Below the pieces are notes generated by a model. That model did no database searches, was not told where the DNA came from, and worked only from the letters and a program-made list of their open reading frames with translations. Shown here piece after piece: positions 19,021 through 27,938 of a stretch of DNA of 39,992 nucleotides. The stretch is from a virus (taxonomy: Duplodnaviria > Caudoviricetes). Position 1 is the stretch's first letter; every line of letters begins with the position of its first letter. A program made the position numbers and the translations under genes. The stretch spans positions 1 through 39,992 of the IMG/VR virus record IMGVR_UViG_3300017785_008291. One strand, written 5' to 3'.

Positions 19021-19048
19021 TTGAAAAACAGAAATAGGTTAATATCAT
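19021..19048 (+). promoter_or_regulatory. early/middle-type promoter TTGAAA-N16-TATCAT
   Basis: ATG follows 5 nt later at 19054 (micro-ORF MFILTRKVG), then the amidotransferase. Confidence 0.5.
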
Positions 19049-19087
19049 TTAATATGTTTATTTTAACAAGAAAGGTAGGATAGCTAT

Positions 19088-19750
19088 ATGTGTGGTATAT
19101 TTGGATCATTTAATACGAATAAATTTGAAATTTTAGATGAAGTAAACAAGCAACGTGGTAATTTTGCTTCTGGTTTATGTTATACTGATGGTAAAACATA
19201 TGATATTCAAAAAACAGAAGGTAGTTTTGACTGGAATAAGGTAAAAATACCAGATGGTTTCTTATATCTAGGACATAATCAAGCACCTACATCATCTGAA
19301 AGAAAATGGAAAGTGCATAACTGTCATCCTTTTGAAAAAAATAATTGGATTGTCGCTCATAATGGTGTTTTAACTAATTTTAAACAACTAAAAGAAGAGA
19401 ATATACCTGACCACGATAACTTAGTAGATACTAGTATAATACCGGCACTACTCGATCTATACGAAAAAAGGTTTGATAACTGCACAACTATTACAAATGA
19501 AATACTCAATATCGAATATGTACTAAGTATGGTACAAGGAACATTTGGTTTATGGGTAATGAACATTAAAACACTAAATGTATACCTTGCAAGACAGGGT
19601 AGTACATTATTCTATGATCATAATAGTTTTTCTTCTACACCTGGAGAAGGTTATAAAGAAATTGAGGAAGGTATTTTATATAGGATGACCAAAAAAAATA
19701 TCAAATCAGTCGGTAATTTTGAATGCAACTCACCATTTTTAGAAATATGA
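19088..19750 (+). CDS. stand-alone class II (Ntn) glutamine amidotransferase
   Basis: N-terminal nucleophile MCGIFG, RG, GHNQAPT, HPF, AHNG and VDT. No fused synthase domain. Confidence 0.9.
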   Translation: MCGIFGSFNTNKFEILDEVNKQRGNFASGLCYTDGKTYDIQKTEGSFDWNKVKIPDGFLYLGHNQAPTSSERKWKVHNCHPFEKNNWIVAHNGVLTNFKQLKEENIPDHDNLVDTSIIPALLDLYEKRFDNCTTITNEILNIEYVLSMVQGTFGLWVMNIKTLNVYLARQGSTLFYDHNSFSSTPGEGYKEIEEGILYRMTKKNIKSVGNFECNSPFLEI

Positions 19751-20217
19751 ACTTTAAGTTAAAATACGTAATACCCTCAAAACAAGAAGATAAGTATAGA
19801 CTTATGAATTTTGTATACAATAATACAGAATCTTTTGTAATGAATACTTTTGGATATTTATGGGAGACAAGAAGATGGTGGGAGCAATTTCCAGTATTAA
19901 TTGCATGCTACGAACAAACAGATATAATTGTTGGTTTGCATGCATTTACCTGTAATACAAAAGCGGAAAAAACACTAAAAACATACTATATTGTTACAGA
20001 TAAGAAATATAAAGGTAAGGGTATAGGTAAAATGTTAACTCAAGCAGCACTTGGTGATAGTGAATTATGGTGTGATAAATTTTATGTTAATAGTAATAGT
20101 ATAGAGGGTATTGGATTTTATAAAAAACTTATAGGTGAACCTAAAAGTGTAAAATATAATGAGTTTGGTAATCAAGATTGCGAGTTTGAGTGTAACTTTA
20201 AACACATATTAAAATGA
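19747..20217 (+). CDS. GNAT-family N-acyltransferase (start revised to 19747)
   Basis: YIVTDKKYKGKGIGKML acyl-CoA motif and GIGFYKK. ATGA overlaps with both neighbours. Confidence 0.8.
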   Translation: MNFKLKYVIPSKQEDKYRLMNFVYNNTESFVMNTFGYLWETRRWWEQFPVLIACYEQTDIIVGLHAFTCNTKAEKTLKTYYIVTDKKYKGKGIGKMLTQAALGDSELWCDKFYVNSNSIEGIGFYKKLIGEPKSVKYNEFGNQDCEFECNFKHILK

Positions 20218-20930
20218 ATATAAAATTTGTAATAGCAACAAAACACAGAAACAGAGATAACACAATACTAGGTAAATGTTTAGAAAAACATTTACCAAGA
20301 GTATTTTATAGTCAATCTGGACATACAATACAATGGGTATTTCAAAATACTGAAAGCTTACCTATAGTGTATAATAGAGCTATTAAAGATGTCGATTATT
20401 TTAAAGAATACGTAACACATATAGTATTCATGCACGATGATATATTTGTAAACTGTATAGATTTTCTAGATAGAATTTATAAAGGTTTTGAGCAGTTTGA
20501 TGTTATAGGTTTAGCTGGATCAAAAGTAGCAGATTTTAGTAATCAGAACAAACCAATGTTATGGCATCTTATATCAGAAAGAAAAGATCATCTTGGTTGT
20601 GTTGGTCATGGATCACCTGATGACTATATGTATACATCTTTCGGGCCACTAAATAAACAAGCACTTCTTATAGATGGATTGTTTATTGGTATTGATATTA
20701 GAAAGCTTGGAGATTTAAGATTTGATGTAAGCAATCCATCTAAGTTTCATTTCTATGATTTAATTTTTAGTATGGATGCTGCTAAAGCAAAATTAAAAAC
20801 TGGAGTAATAGATATACCAGTTATTCATCAATCACCAGGTCTCAGAGAGTTTACTGAAGAATGGAAAGCGGGTGAAAAATACTTTAAAGAAAAGTACAAG
20901 GCTTATACTGGTAAATTATTGACCGTATAA
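20214..20930 (+). CDS. GT-A fold glycosyltransferase (family 2-like)
   Basis: SLPIVYNRAI, FMHDD, IGLAG, IDGLF, FHFYD and HQSPG motifs. Confidence 0.85.
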   Translation: MNIKFVIATKHRNRDNTILGKCLEKHLPRVFYSQSGHTIQWVFQNTESLPIVYNRAIKDVDYFKEYVTHIVFMHDDIFVNCIDFLDRIYKGFEQFDVIGLAGSKVADFSNQNKPMLWHLISERKDHLGCVGHGSPDDYMYTSFGPLNKQALLIDGLFIGIDIRKLGDLRFDVSNPSKFHFYDLIFSMDAAKAKLKTGVIDIPVIHQSPGLREFTEEWKAGEKYFKEKYKAYTGKLLTV

Positions 20931-20942
20931 TAACATAGACTA

Positions 20943-22265
20943 ATGCAGAAAATCAATTTAGATTTTTTCGAGCAGATTTTAATTTATAAATCGCTTACAG
21001 ATGAAAAATACCTTTCAACTGTTATAGGAGCGGTTAATCCTACACATTTTAAAGATAAAAATATAAAGACTATCTTTACTATTATTAAAGATTTTTACGA
21101 TAAAAGAAATGCACCACCTACAATAACTGAATTAAAAGCATATCTTATAGATTCAGAGTTAAGAGATGCATTTAAAACTGTAGTTAATAAGTTCTCAGAA
21201 ATGGATAAGTCATTTAATAATGACGAACTTATTGAGAATACAGAAAGATACATAAAAGAGCGTGCCATATGGCATACAATGCTTGATATCTCTAAGGATG
21301 TTTCAAACGGTAAAATAGATACAGGTTTTATATTAGATAAGTTTGAAAAGAGTTGTAATATAAATTTAAAAACAAATATAGGTTTAGATTTATTCAAAGA
21401 TATTAATGTTCTGATAGAAGAAATAAATACAGATCAACCTGTAATACCTACAGGTTATAAATTCTTAGATAGAAAGTTAGGTGGTGGCTGGTTAAAAAAT
21501 GGAAGAGCAATTTATATCTTTGCTGGTGAGACTAACGTTGGTAAGAGTATATTTTTAGGTAATTTTGCAACTAATATTGCAAAGAATGGTAAGACTGTAT
21601 TGTTGATAACTCTTGAGATGAGTGAGATTGTGTATGCTAAGAGATTAGTATCTAGTGTTAGTAAGATACCAATATCAGATTTGAGAAGTGAGTCTCAAAC
21701 GTTAAAAACGCAGATAATTGAACATTCAAAAGATAACCCTAATAGTAAACTCATAATAAAAGAGTTTCCACCTAGTACTATAACTCCATCACAACTACAA
21801 GGATATCTAAAAAATATACAAAGTGCAGGTATACATATAGATGCAATAGTATTAGATTATATTAATTTGTTAAAAGGTCCGACAGGGGATAACTCTTATG
21901 AACGTGTAAAAATTGTTACAGAGCAAGTGAGAGCATTAAGCTACATATTTAATTGTCCAATAATTACTGCCACACAACTTAACAGATCAGGTTATAATAC
22001 CGATAAACCTGGATTAGAAAGTATAAGTGAGAGTATAGGATTGGCTGCTACTGCTGATTTTATAGGTATAATTACACAATCTGACGAAGACAGGGAACTA
22101 AACATAACTAGAATGAATATAGCGAAAAACAGATTTGGACCAAATTATGGTACAACTACATTGCGTATTGATTATAAAACTCTTACCATATATGAAGACG
22201 ATACATTGGATAGTGGTGGAGATATAAGTGATAATGCTAAGACTCTTCAAATTCTAAGTAGTTGA
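20943..22265 (+). CDS. gp41: replicative DnaB-like helicase gp41
   Basis: AGETNVGKS, ITLEMSE, IIKEFP, LDYINL, TATQLNR, SES and KNRFG. Confidence 0.95.
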   Translation: MQKINLDFFEQILIYKSLTDEKYLSTVIGAVNPTHFKDKNIKTIFTIIKDFYDKRNAPPTITELKAYLIDSELRDAFKTVVNKFSEMDKSFNNDELIENTERYIKERAIWHTMLDISKDVSNGKIDTGFILDKFEKSCNINLKTNIGLDLFKDINVLIEEINTDQPVIPTGYKFLDRKLGGGWLKNGRAIYIFAGETNVGKSIFLGNFATNIAKNGKTVLLITLEMSEIVYAKRLVSSVSKIPISDLRSESQTLKTQIIEHSKDNPNSKLIIKEFPPSTITPSQLQGYLKNIQSAGIHIDAIVLDYINLLKGPTGDNSYERVKIVTEQVRALSYIFNCPIITATQLNRSGYNTDKPGLESISESIGLAATADFIGIITQSDEDRELNITRMNIAKNRFGPNYGTTTLRIDYKTLTIYEDDTLDSGGDISDNAKTLQILSS

Positions 22266-22289
22266 ACATTTATGTATTACACATAACAT
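22262..22289 (+). promoter_or_regulatory. early/middle-type promoter TTGAAC-N16-TAACAT
   Basis: Ends 5 nt upstream of ATG 22295. Confidence 0.55.
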
Positions 22290-22294
22290 ATCTT

Positions 22295-22594
22295 ATGAGT
22301 AATACATCTAAGCCTAAACTACCTAGTGCAACGATTGAAGATACCGAATTTAACCATGCTTTCTATTCTTTTTGTACCTTTTGCCATCTTTACTACGGTA
22401 AAAAAATAAATTTTGCTACAGTTTTTACAAAAGTTATAACTAATCCCAAGATTAAAAGAATATATAAACTAGTTATAGATGAAGATAGTGATTTTCAAGC
22501 ACTTAAAAAATTTATAGCTATAGAACCATCAGTTACTAAGAGTAAGTATATAACTAAAATAATAAACAAAAATAAAGTAAACTTAGATGGATAA
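22295..22594 (+). CDS. hypothetical protein (99 aa, start revised to MSNTSKPK)
   Basis: The tracked TTG start coincides with the -35 box. ATG 22295 fits the promoter spacing seen elsewhere. Confidence 0.7.
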   Translation: MSNTSKPKLPSATIEDTEFNHAFYSFCTFCHLYYGKKINFATVFTKVITNPKIKRIYKLVIDEDSDFQALKKFIAIEPSVTKSKYITKIINKNKVNLDG

Positions 22595-23228
22595 CCAAGA
22601 AAAGTACATATATAACTGCTATATAGAAACTATGCGTAAGTTTAACGATAAACCTTTTAGATATCGTAAAAACTTTGAAGGTTTTGAAAATACAACAGAG
22701 TATGTATGCGTATCAAAGCTCGGTAAATTCTTTGATAAATTTCAGCATCTAGTAATAAAAGACTTTTTTGAGGCACCATATTTTGTATATGGTGAAAAAT
22801 ATTTTGATTTAGCTTTCTATCTATCACAAAGAGCGATAAAAGCATATACAATATACCATAACACGTTCATCCCCAACAACCCAGATCATGATCAGACAGT
22901 TGAAAAAATAAAAGATAGCTTCATTTTCATATACAAATTCTGTAAAGATAACGGTATAAGCATGGTAGATTATATTAAATATAAGCAAGAAGGTAGTAAC
23001 TGTCACAGTTTTTTACTTCACTTAAAAGAAAGAAAAATCTGTCTTTACCCCTTGTTTTCATATGATGGTGTAGATAAAATAATATCAGAATATGAGAGCG
23101 ACGTTAAACGGTTTATGTTTGGTAAAGAAATATCAAACTTAAATTTTTTTCGTACCAAATATTATACCAGCTCTAAATGTAAAAAAGCTTCTAACCTTAT
23201 TTTCAATAAACTAATTTCCAATTTCTAA
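22587..23228 (+). CDS. putative helicase loader (gp59-like)
   Basis: 213-aa aromatic and basic protein directly upstream of gp32, where T4 has gene 59. Sequence resemblance is weak. Confidence 0.45.
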   Translation: MDNQEKYIYNCYIETMRKFNDKPFRYRKNFEGFENTTEYVCVSKLGKFFDKFQHLVIKDFFEAPYFVYGEKYFDLAFYLSQRAIKAYTIYHNTFIPNNPDHDQTVEKIKDSFIFIYKFCKDNGISMVDYIKYKQEGSNCHSFLLHLKERKICLYPLFSYDGVDKIISEYESDVKRFMFGKEISNLNFFRTKYYTSSKCKKASNLIFNKLISNF

Positions 23229-23237
23229 AATTTTCTT

Positions 23238-24071
23238 ATGACATCATATAACAAAAATAACATAAACGATATATTCCAAAGTATTAAAGGTGCACTTGCA
23301 CACGACAAACAAACAGGAGGTACAGGTGATATACTTAAGCTCGAACCGGGTAATACTTACACAGTAAGATTGCTACCTACGAAAGAACCAAAAAAGACAT
23401 TTTTCCATTACTATCAACACGGATGGACAAGCTTTTCAACAGGTCAATACGTCTCTACACTAAGCTTACAGACTTTTGGTGAAAGAGATCCAATTGCAGA
23501 AGAAAGATTTCGCATTCTTAAAACTGGTACAGATGCCCAGAAAAAGAAAGCTGAGACAGTTAAGAGAGCTGAAAAATGGCTCGTAAATGTTTACGTAGTA
23601 AACGACCCTACTAACTCGGAGAATAACGGTAAGGTAAAAATCTTACGCTACGGTAAACAACTTCAAGCAGTAATCACTGATGCAATCGAAGGTGATGAAT
23701 CTGAGAGCATTGGTCCTCGTATCTTTGATTTATCTCCAAATGGTGTTAATCTAAGAATTAAAGTAGAAAAGCAAGGTGATTTTCCTTCATATGTAGCTTC
23801 GAAGTTTTCACTACCATCTGAAATTAAGGATCTAGATGAAGATAAGTATCAGAAGGTATATGACAGTGTATTTGAAATCGATAAGGTTTTTACAGTAAAG
23901 AGCGCTGATGATCTTAAGCTGATGTTAAAAGAGCATTTTTATGCTGATAAAACAGAGAAAGCAGCAGTAGAAGAAGCTCCAAAACAAGTTAAAGAAGCAC
24001 CTGTAAGAGTATCAGTAGATAATGACGATGAAGTATCTAAACTACTTGATGGTCTAGACCTAAATTCATAA
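23238..24071 (+). CDS. gp32: single-stranded DNA-binding protein gp32
   Basis: VRLLP, NVYVVNDPTNSENNGKVKILRYGK, FDL..NG.NL, and an acidic C-terminal tail. Confidence 0.92.
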   Translation: MTSYNKNNINDIFQSIKGALAHDKQTGGTGDILKLEPGNTYTVRLLPTKEPKKTFFHYYQHGWTSFSTGQYVSTLSLQTFGERDPIAEERFRILKTGTDAQKKKAETVKRAEKWLVNVYVVNDPTNSENNGKVKILRYGKQLQAVITDAIEGDESESIGPRIFDLSPNGVNLRIKVEKQGDFPSYVASKFSLPSEIKDLDEDKYQKVYDSVFEIDKVFTVKSADDLKLMLKEHFYADKTEKAAVEEAPKQVKEAPVRVSVDNDDEVSKLLDGLDLNS

Positions 24072-24072
24072 A

Positions 24073-24483
24073 ATGGCAAACGAGCAAGAAATTCTAGTTA
24101 ATTTTATAGGCTCGAACTACGGCTTAATGAAAAATCTAGACGACCAGATTATAGGGTCGTCTAGTACGTTACAAAGACGTAGTGACGATGTCAAGAGAGT
24201 ATTAGGTGATGCTTTACGTGGTAATATTGTACCGCAAATACAACAAAATATACCACAAGCTATTCATCAAGTACAGCCATCACAACAGGTTAATCAACCA
24301 GTTATAATGCATCAACCGGTTATATCTCATCAACCAGATGACGGACAGCTTTGGTTATCTTTTGATGAAAGAGATAAAATTTATGATGTATTAGATTCAA
24401 TTGTTGAAAAACAAGATTTAATTTTGAAAAAACTTGAAAAAATTGAATCTTCATATACTATATCTCGTAAAAGAGGTCTATGA
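24073..24483 (+). CDS. hypothetical protein with Q/P-rich linker
   Basis: 136-aa ORF tightly packed between gp32 and gp45. Confidence 0.7.
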   Translation: MANEQEILVNFIGSNYGLMKNLDDQIIGSSSTLQRRSDDVKRVLGDALRGNIVPQIQQNIPQAIHQVQPSQQVNQPVIMHQPVISHQPDDGQLWLSFDERDKIYDVLDSIVEKQDLILKKLEKIESSYTISRKRGL

Positions 24484-25208
24484 AGATAAAAATTTTTGAT
24501 AAAAAAGAGTTCATACAAAATTTTCTATCACCAATCAGCACACTGAATTCAGTGTGCTGTATTGATGTTCAGAATAATGAATTAAAAACGATGTGCTCAT
24601 CGCCTGATAATACGCTATGTTTAATATCGTCTCAACCGGCATCTAGTGATGAAGTAAAATTATTAAATTTACCAGATGTAAAGAGACTAAGTGGTGCTTT
24701 ATCTTTGATAAAAACAAAAGATATAGAGTTAAATGTTATTGATAATAATATTAAATACAATGATGGAAATTTTAAATTTTCTTATCATCTTTTAGAGAAC
24801 GGTCTTATTAAGAAGACAACTATAAATGTAGATAAGGTAAATAAACTCGAATATAACATTTGTTTTGATATACCAGAGCAAAATTTAGATACTCTACTTA
24901 AAGGAACGTCTTTTGCAGCAGCAACTAACAAAATTTATTTATATACTGAGAGTGATAAAATATACGCAGAATTAGGCGATAAAACAAAACATAACGTTGA
25001 TAATTTTATAACAGTTATTGCAGAGAAATATACAGGCAATAATATAACTAAGCCATTACCAATAAATCTTGATACATTTAGATTAATTTACTTTAACGGT
25101 GCATCAAGTATAAAATGCTCTATTAATACGAGTTACGGTGTTATAAAAATAGATATCATTAAAGGTAATACAAACTTGACTTATATAATGTCTGCACTAA
25201 TTAACTAA
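24480..25208 (+). CDS. gp45: sliding clamp gp45
   Basis: 242 aa with a clamp-like pattern (LSPISTLN, LPDVKRLSGALS, LGDKT..N..NF, LTYIMSA) in replication context. Confidence 0.7.
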   Translation: MKIKIFDKKEFIQNFLSPISTLNSVCCIDVQNNELKTMCSSPDNTLCLISSQPASSDEVKLLNLPDVKRLSGALSLIKTKDIELNVIDNNIKYNDGNFKFSYHLLENGLIKKTTINVDKVNKLEYNICFDIPEQNLDTLLKGTSFAAATNKIYLYTESDKIYAELGDKTKHNVDNFITVIAEKYTGNNITKPLPINLDTFRLIYFNGASSIKCSINTSYGVIKIDIIKGNTNLTYIMSALIN

Positions 25209-25209
25209 C

Positions 25210-25581
25210 ATGAAACATAATCTTAAAGAGAGGCGTGTATCTAATAAGATAAAGACTGCTGGCTACTTTATTAAAAGGCTAAAGGATAGCGGTTTTGTTG
25301 TTTTTAAGATTTTTAATGCATATTCAATTTCTGACCCACGTAGATGGACTGTACTGGTAGATCCTGGGTTAAATTCAGTATATGTAACTTGTTATCAAAA
25401 TAAAGATCAAATAAATGAAATTTTATTTGAATTTGATGATGGTGGTTATAAGTTCACAAAAGGTACTTTTCTCAAAACAGAAAGTATTGAAACAATTGTT
25501 ACTTATTTAATTGAAAAGGGTGTTAATAATATACCAATCAATAACCCCTTTGTAAATAATAAATATCTACATGGAACCTGA
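25210..25581 (+). CDS. hypothetical protein
   Basis: 123-aa ORF, 1 nt after the gp45 stop. Confidence 0.75.
   Translation: MKHNLKERRVSNKIKTAGYFIKRLKDSGFVVFKIFNAYSISDPRRWTVLVDPGLNSVYVTCYQNKDQINEILFEFDDGGYKFTKGTFLKTESIETIVTYLIEKGVNNIPINNPFVNNKYLHGT
25560..25565 (+). promoter_or_regulatory. late promoter TAAATA
   Basis: TAAATA-TCTAC-ATG(25571). Confidence 0.65.
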
Positions 25582-25927
25582 TAATATGCAAGCACCAAAA
25601 CAAGAGCCAAAGAGAAAGGAAAAAAAGAAAACAAAAGCTCAGCAGGTTTCACAAACAAAAACTAATGAACAGTTAGCGGAGTTAATTAAAGATGCACTTG
25701 CAGTACAGTTCAAAAAGCAAGTAAAACGTAATAAAATTCAAAATGAATTAGATGCAATGGCTGCTACATGTGAAGAGTTTATGAATAGCTTTATTATATT
25801 GGGTTATGATCTTGATGGTAACCCTGTAGAACCAATTGTAGTTGCACACTCACAACAAGAAGCAGATTCATTAGGTTCTTATCTTAATAAATTTATATCA
25901 TCTCAAATTCATAGAAACGGTAGTTGA
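25571..25927 (+). CDS. hypothetical late protein
   Basis: 118 aa, basic N-terminus, EEFMNSFIILGYDLDG core. Confidence 0.75.
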   Translation: MEPDNMQAPKQEPKRKEKKKTKAQQVSQTKTNEQLAELIKDALAVQFKKQVKRNKIQNELDAMAATCEEFMNSFIILGYDLDGNPVEPIVVAHSQQEADSLGSYLNKFISSQIHRNGS

Positions 25928-25968
25928 ATATAGAGGAACATTCATTATATTTTTGTAATGAATGTTCT
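25924..25968 (+). promoter_or_regulatory. early-type promoter (TTGAAT-N16-TATATT) inside a hairpin that sequesters the next ATG
   Basis: GAACATTCATTA (25936-25947) pairs perfectly with TAATGAATGTTC (25956-25967), which contains ATG 25958. Confidence 0.7.
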
Positions 25969-26782
25969 AATTTTAGGTAGAGGGTTTGTAGGAAATGCTC
26001 TTAAACAAGAGATGCCTGGTGCGTTTATAGTTTCTAGGCAAGAGTTAGATTATTTTGATGAGCTAACTTTTATAAGTTACTTAGTTGAAAAGAAAATAAA
26101 AACAGTTATTAACTGCTCTGGTTATACAGGTAACCCTAACGTTGATGCTTGCGAAACCGATAGAGAAACCTGTTATAGACAGAATGTTGAGCTGTTAAGA
26201 GCTTTACAAAGGTCTTGCATAGGTATAAAGATTATACATGTAAGTTCTGGATGTATATATGACGGGTACGAAAAGGTATTTACTGAAGAAGATGTACCAA
26301 ATTTTGGTATGTTTAGTGATAAGAGTAGTTTTTACAGTAAAACAAAGCACATTGCTGAAACAATTGTGAATAAATTAGATGATATTGCAATAGTAAGACT
26401 ACGTATACCGTTTGATTACGTTAGTTCTAGAAAGAATTACTTCAATAAGTTACTCGGGTATAATAATCTTATTAACTTTAGGAATAGCAAAACAGATTTA
26501 CGGTATCTTTGCAAATTTATACATAAGTTAGCTCAAAACTTTACACCAGGTATATTTAACGCAGTACATAGCAATGCTCTAACAACTCAACAAGTTTTAG
26601 ACATTATGGTAGAATACGATTTATATAACCCTAATTGGGAAATGGTAGATTATAAAGAGATTCCAATTAAGGCTAATAGATCAAATTGTGTACTTTCAAA
26701 TGAAAAAGCAAAGAATTGGGGATTTGATTTTGGTGATGAAGAAACAGCTCTTAGAGAAGCACTAGAGAAATTTAAACTATGA
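25958..26782 (+). CDS. NDP-4-keto-6-deoxyglucose 3,5-epimerase/4-reductase (NRS/ER-type, RmlD-like SDR)
   Basis: GRGFVG, GYTGNPNVDACE, SSGCIY, FTEEDVPNF, SFYSKTK, LRIP and RSNCVL match the bifunctional NRS/ER subfamily. Confidence 0.85.
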   Translation: MNVLILGRGFVGNALKQEMPGAFIVSRQELDYFDELTFISYLVEKKIKTVINCSGYTGNPNVDACETDRETCYRQNVELLRALQRSCIGIKIIHVSSGCIYDGYEKVFTEEDVPNFGMFSDKSSFYSKTKHIAETIVNKLDDIAIVRLRIPFDYVSSRKNYFNKLLGYNNLINFRNSKTDLRYLCKFIHKLAQNFTPGIFNAVHSNALTTQQVLDIMVEYDLYNPNWEMVDYKEIPIKANRSNCVLSNEKAKNWGFDFGDEETALREALEKFKL

Positions 26783-27459
26783 ATAACGAAACAACACTTT
26801 TAGGTTATTACGGTAGTGATGAGATACATGCATGTTCTGCATGGACTTCAACTAGTAGAGAAATTACAGAAGACAAAAAGGAGAGAATTCCTAAGCTACT
26901 CAAAATGCTTGCAGAAAATGGACACCATACTCCATTTGAAAAATCGTCTTTACATTTTCTTGTAACAAGCGAAATTGCAAGCCACATTCACAAATTAAAG
27001 CATAGAATCGGAGTTTCAATTAACGGAGAATCAGCGAGATATAAAGAACTAAAAGAAGATAAATTTTACATCCCCGACGATTGGAATGGGCTTTATCCTT
27101 CTCAAGATATTGGACCAAATAAAGACTCCCCTTGGGCAACTACAGAACAATCTTGGTCAAATATTCTCGAAGAATATACTAGGATTGGCAATGACCTTTA
27201 TCATCAGTGTTTGAAAGATCTTGAACCAACTCTTGGTCGTAAACGCGCAAAAGAATCCGCTCGTTTCTTTAAGACATATAACTCTCAAATAGATTGCGAT
27301 ATCATGTTTAATTTTAGAAGTTTTGCTCATTTCTTATCTTTACGAAATAAAGAAGACGCACAAAAAGAGATTAAAGATATTGCAGCAGAAATGCTTAAGT
27401 TAGTAAAAGAAATACCCGGTGATCCATTTAAACATACCATTACTGCCTTTAATCTTTAA
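26779..27459 (+). CDS. thyX: flavin-dependent thymidylate synthase
   Basis: HHTPFE, KHRIGVSINGESARY, ESAR, NFRSFAHFLSLR and AQKEI. Confidence 0.93.
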   Translation: MNNETTLLGYYGSDEIHACSAWTSTSREITEDKKERIPKLLKMLAENGHHTPFEKSSLHFLVTSEIASHIHKLKHRIGVSINGESARYKELKEDKFYIPDDWNGLYPSQDIGPNKDSPWATTEQSWSNILEEYTRIGNDLYHQCLKDLEPTLGRKRAKESARFFKTYNSQIDCDIMFNFRSFAHFLSLRNKEDAQKEIKDIAAEMLKLVKEIPGDPFKHTITAFNL

Positions 27460-27473
27460 CATTATTTAAAGTA

Positions 27474-27938
27474 ATGAATATTACAGTAGAGCAACACAAC
27501 GCTTTAATTAAATTAACTAAAAACAGTATACCATTTATGGTTACTGGTAGATATTCTTATGAAAGTGATATTGAACCATCCGATATAGATTTGATTATAT
27601 TAAAAAAATATATGGATTCAGTAGAGACCTTTCTTCTTATAGATAGTAATAAAAGTTCCCGAGGCTATATGCCTGATATTGAAGTAAACACACTAAGAGT
27701 GATGTATCTAGATAAAATAGATATTTTATACATTGAAGATGAAGTACGGTGGGAAGAGCTTGAGTGTTTCTCACGTGTAATTGATGGTATAAGATATACA
27801 CACCCTGTACACTCTATGTTATCAAAAATTAAAATGATAATGAAAACTATACCTGTCAAACATAAATCTTCTTTTAAGCATGGTAGAGACATTGAGATGT
27901 TTATTTCAAAAATAATCAATACAGAATATAATGGATAA
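27474..27938 (+). CDS. putative nucleotidyltransferase-fold protein
   Basis: FMVTG...PSDIDLII (hG-x-DxD), a later IDIL strand and a C-terminal KH..D helix. Confidence 0.55.
   Translation: MNITVEQHNALIKLTKNSIPFMVTGRYSYESDIEPSDIDLIILKKYMDSVETFLLIDSNKSSRGYMPDIEVNTLRVMYLDKIDILYIEDEVRWEELECFSRVIDGIRYTHPVHSMLSKIKMIMKTIPVKHKSSFKHGRDIEMFISKIINTEYNG

Noticed and set aside
17571-19045. GAAATATCTTAATAT versus GAAATAGGTTAATAT flanking the antisense late gene, as a possible third duplication
   Set aside because: Only 13/15 identity in very AT-rich DNA, which is compatible with chance.
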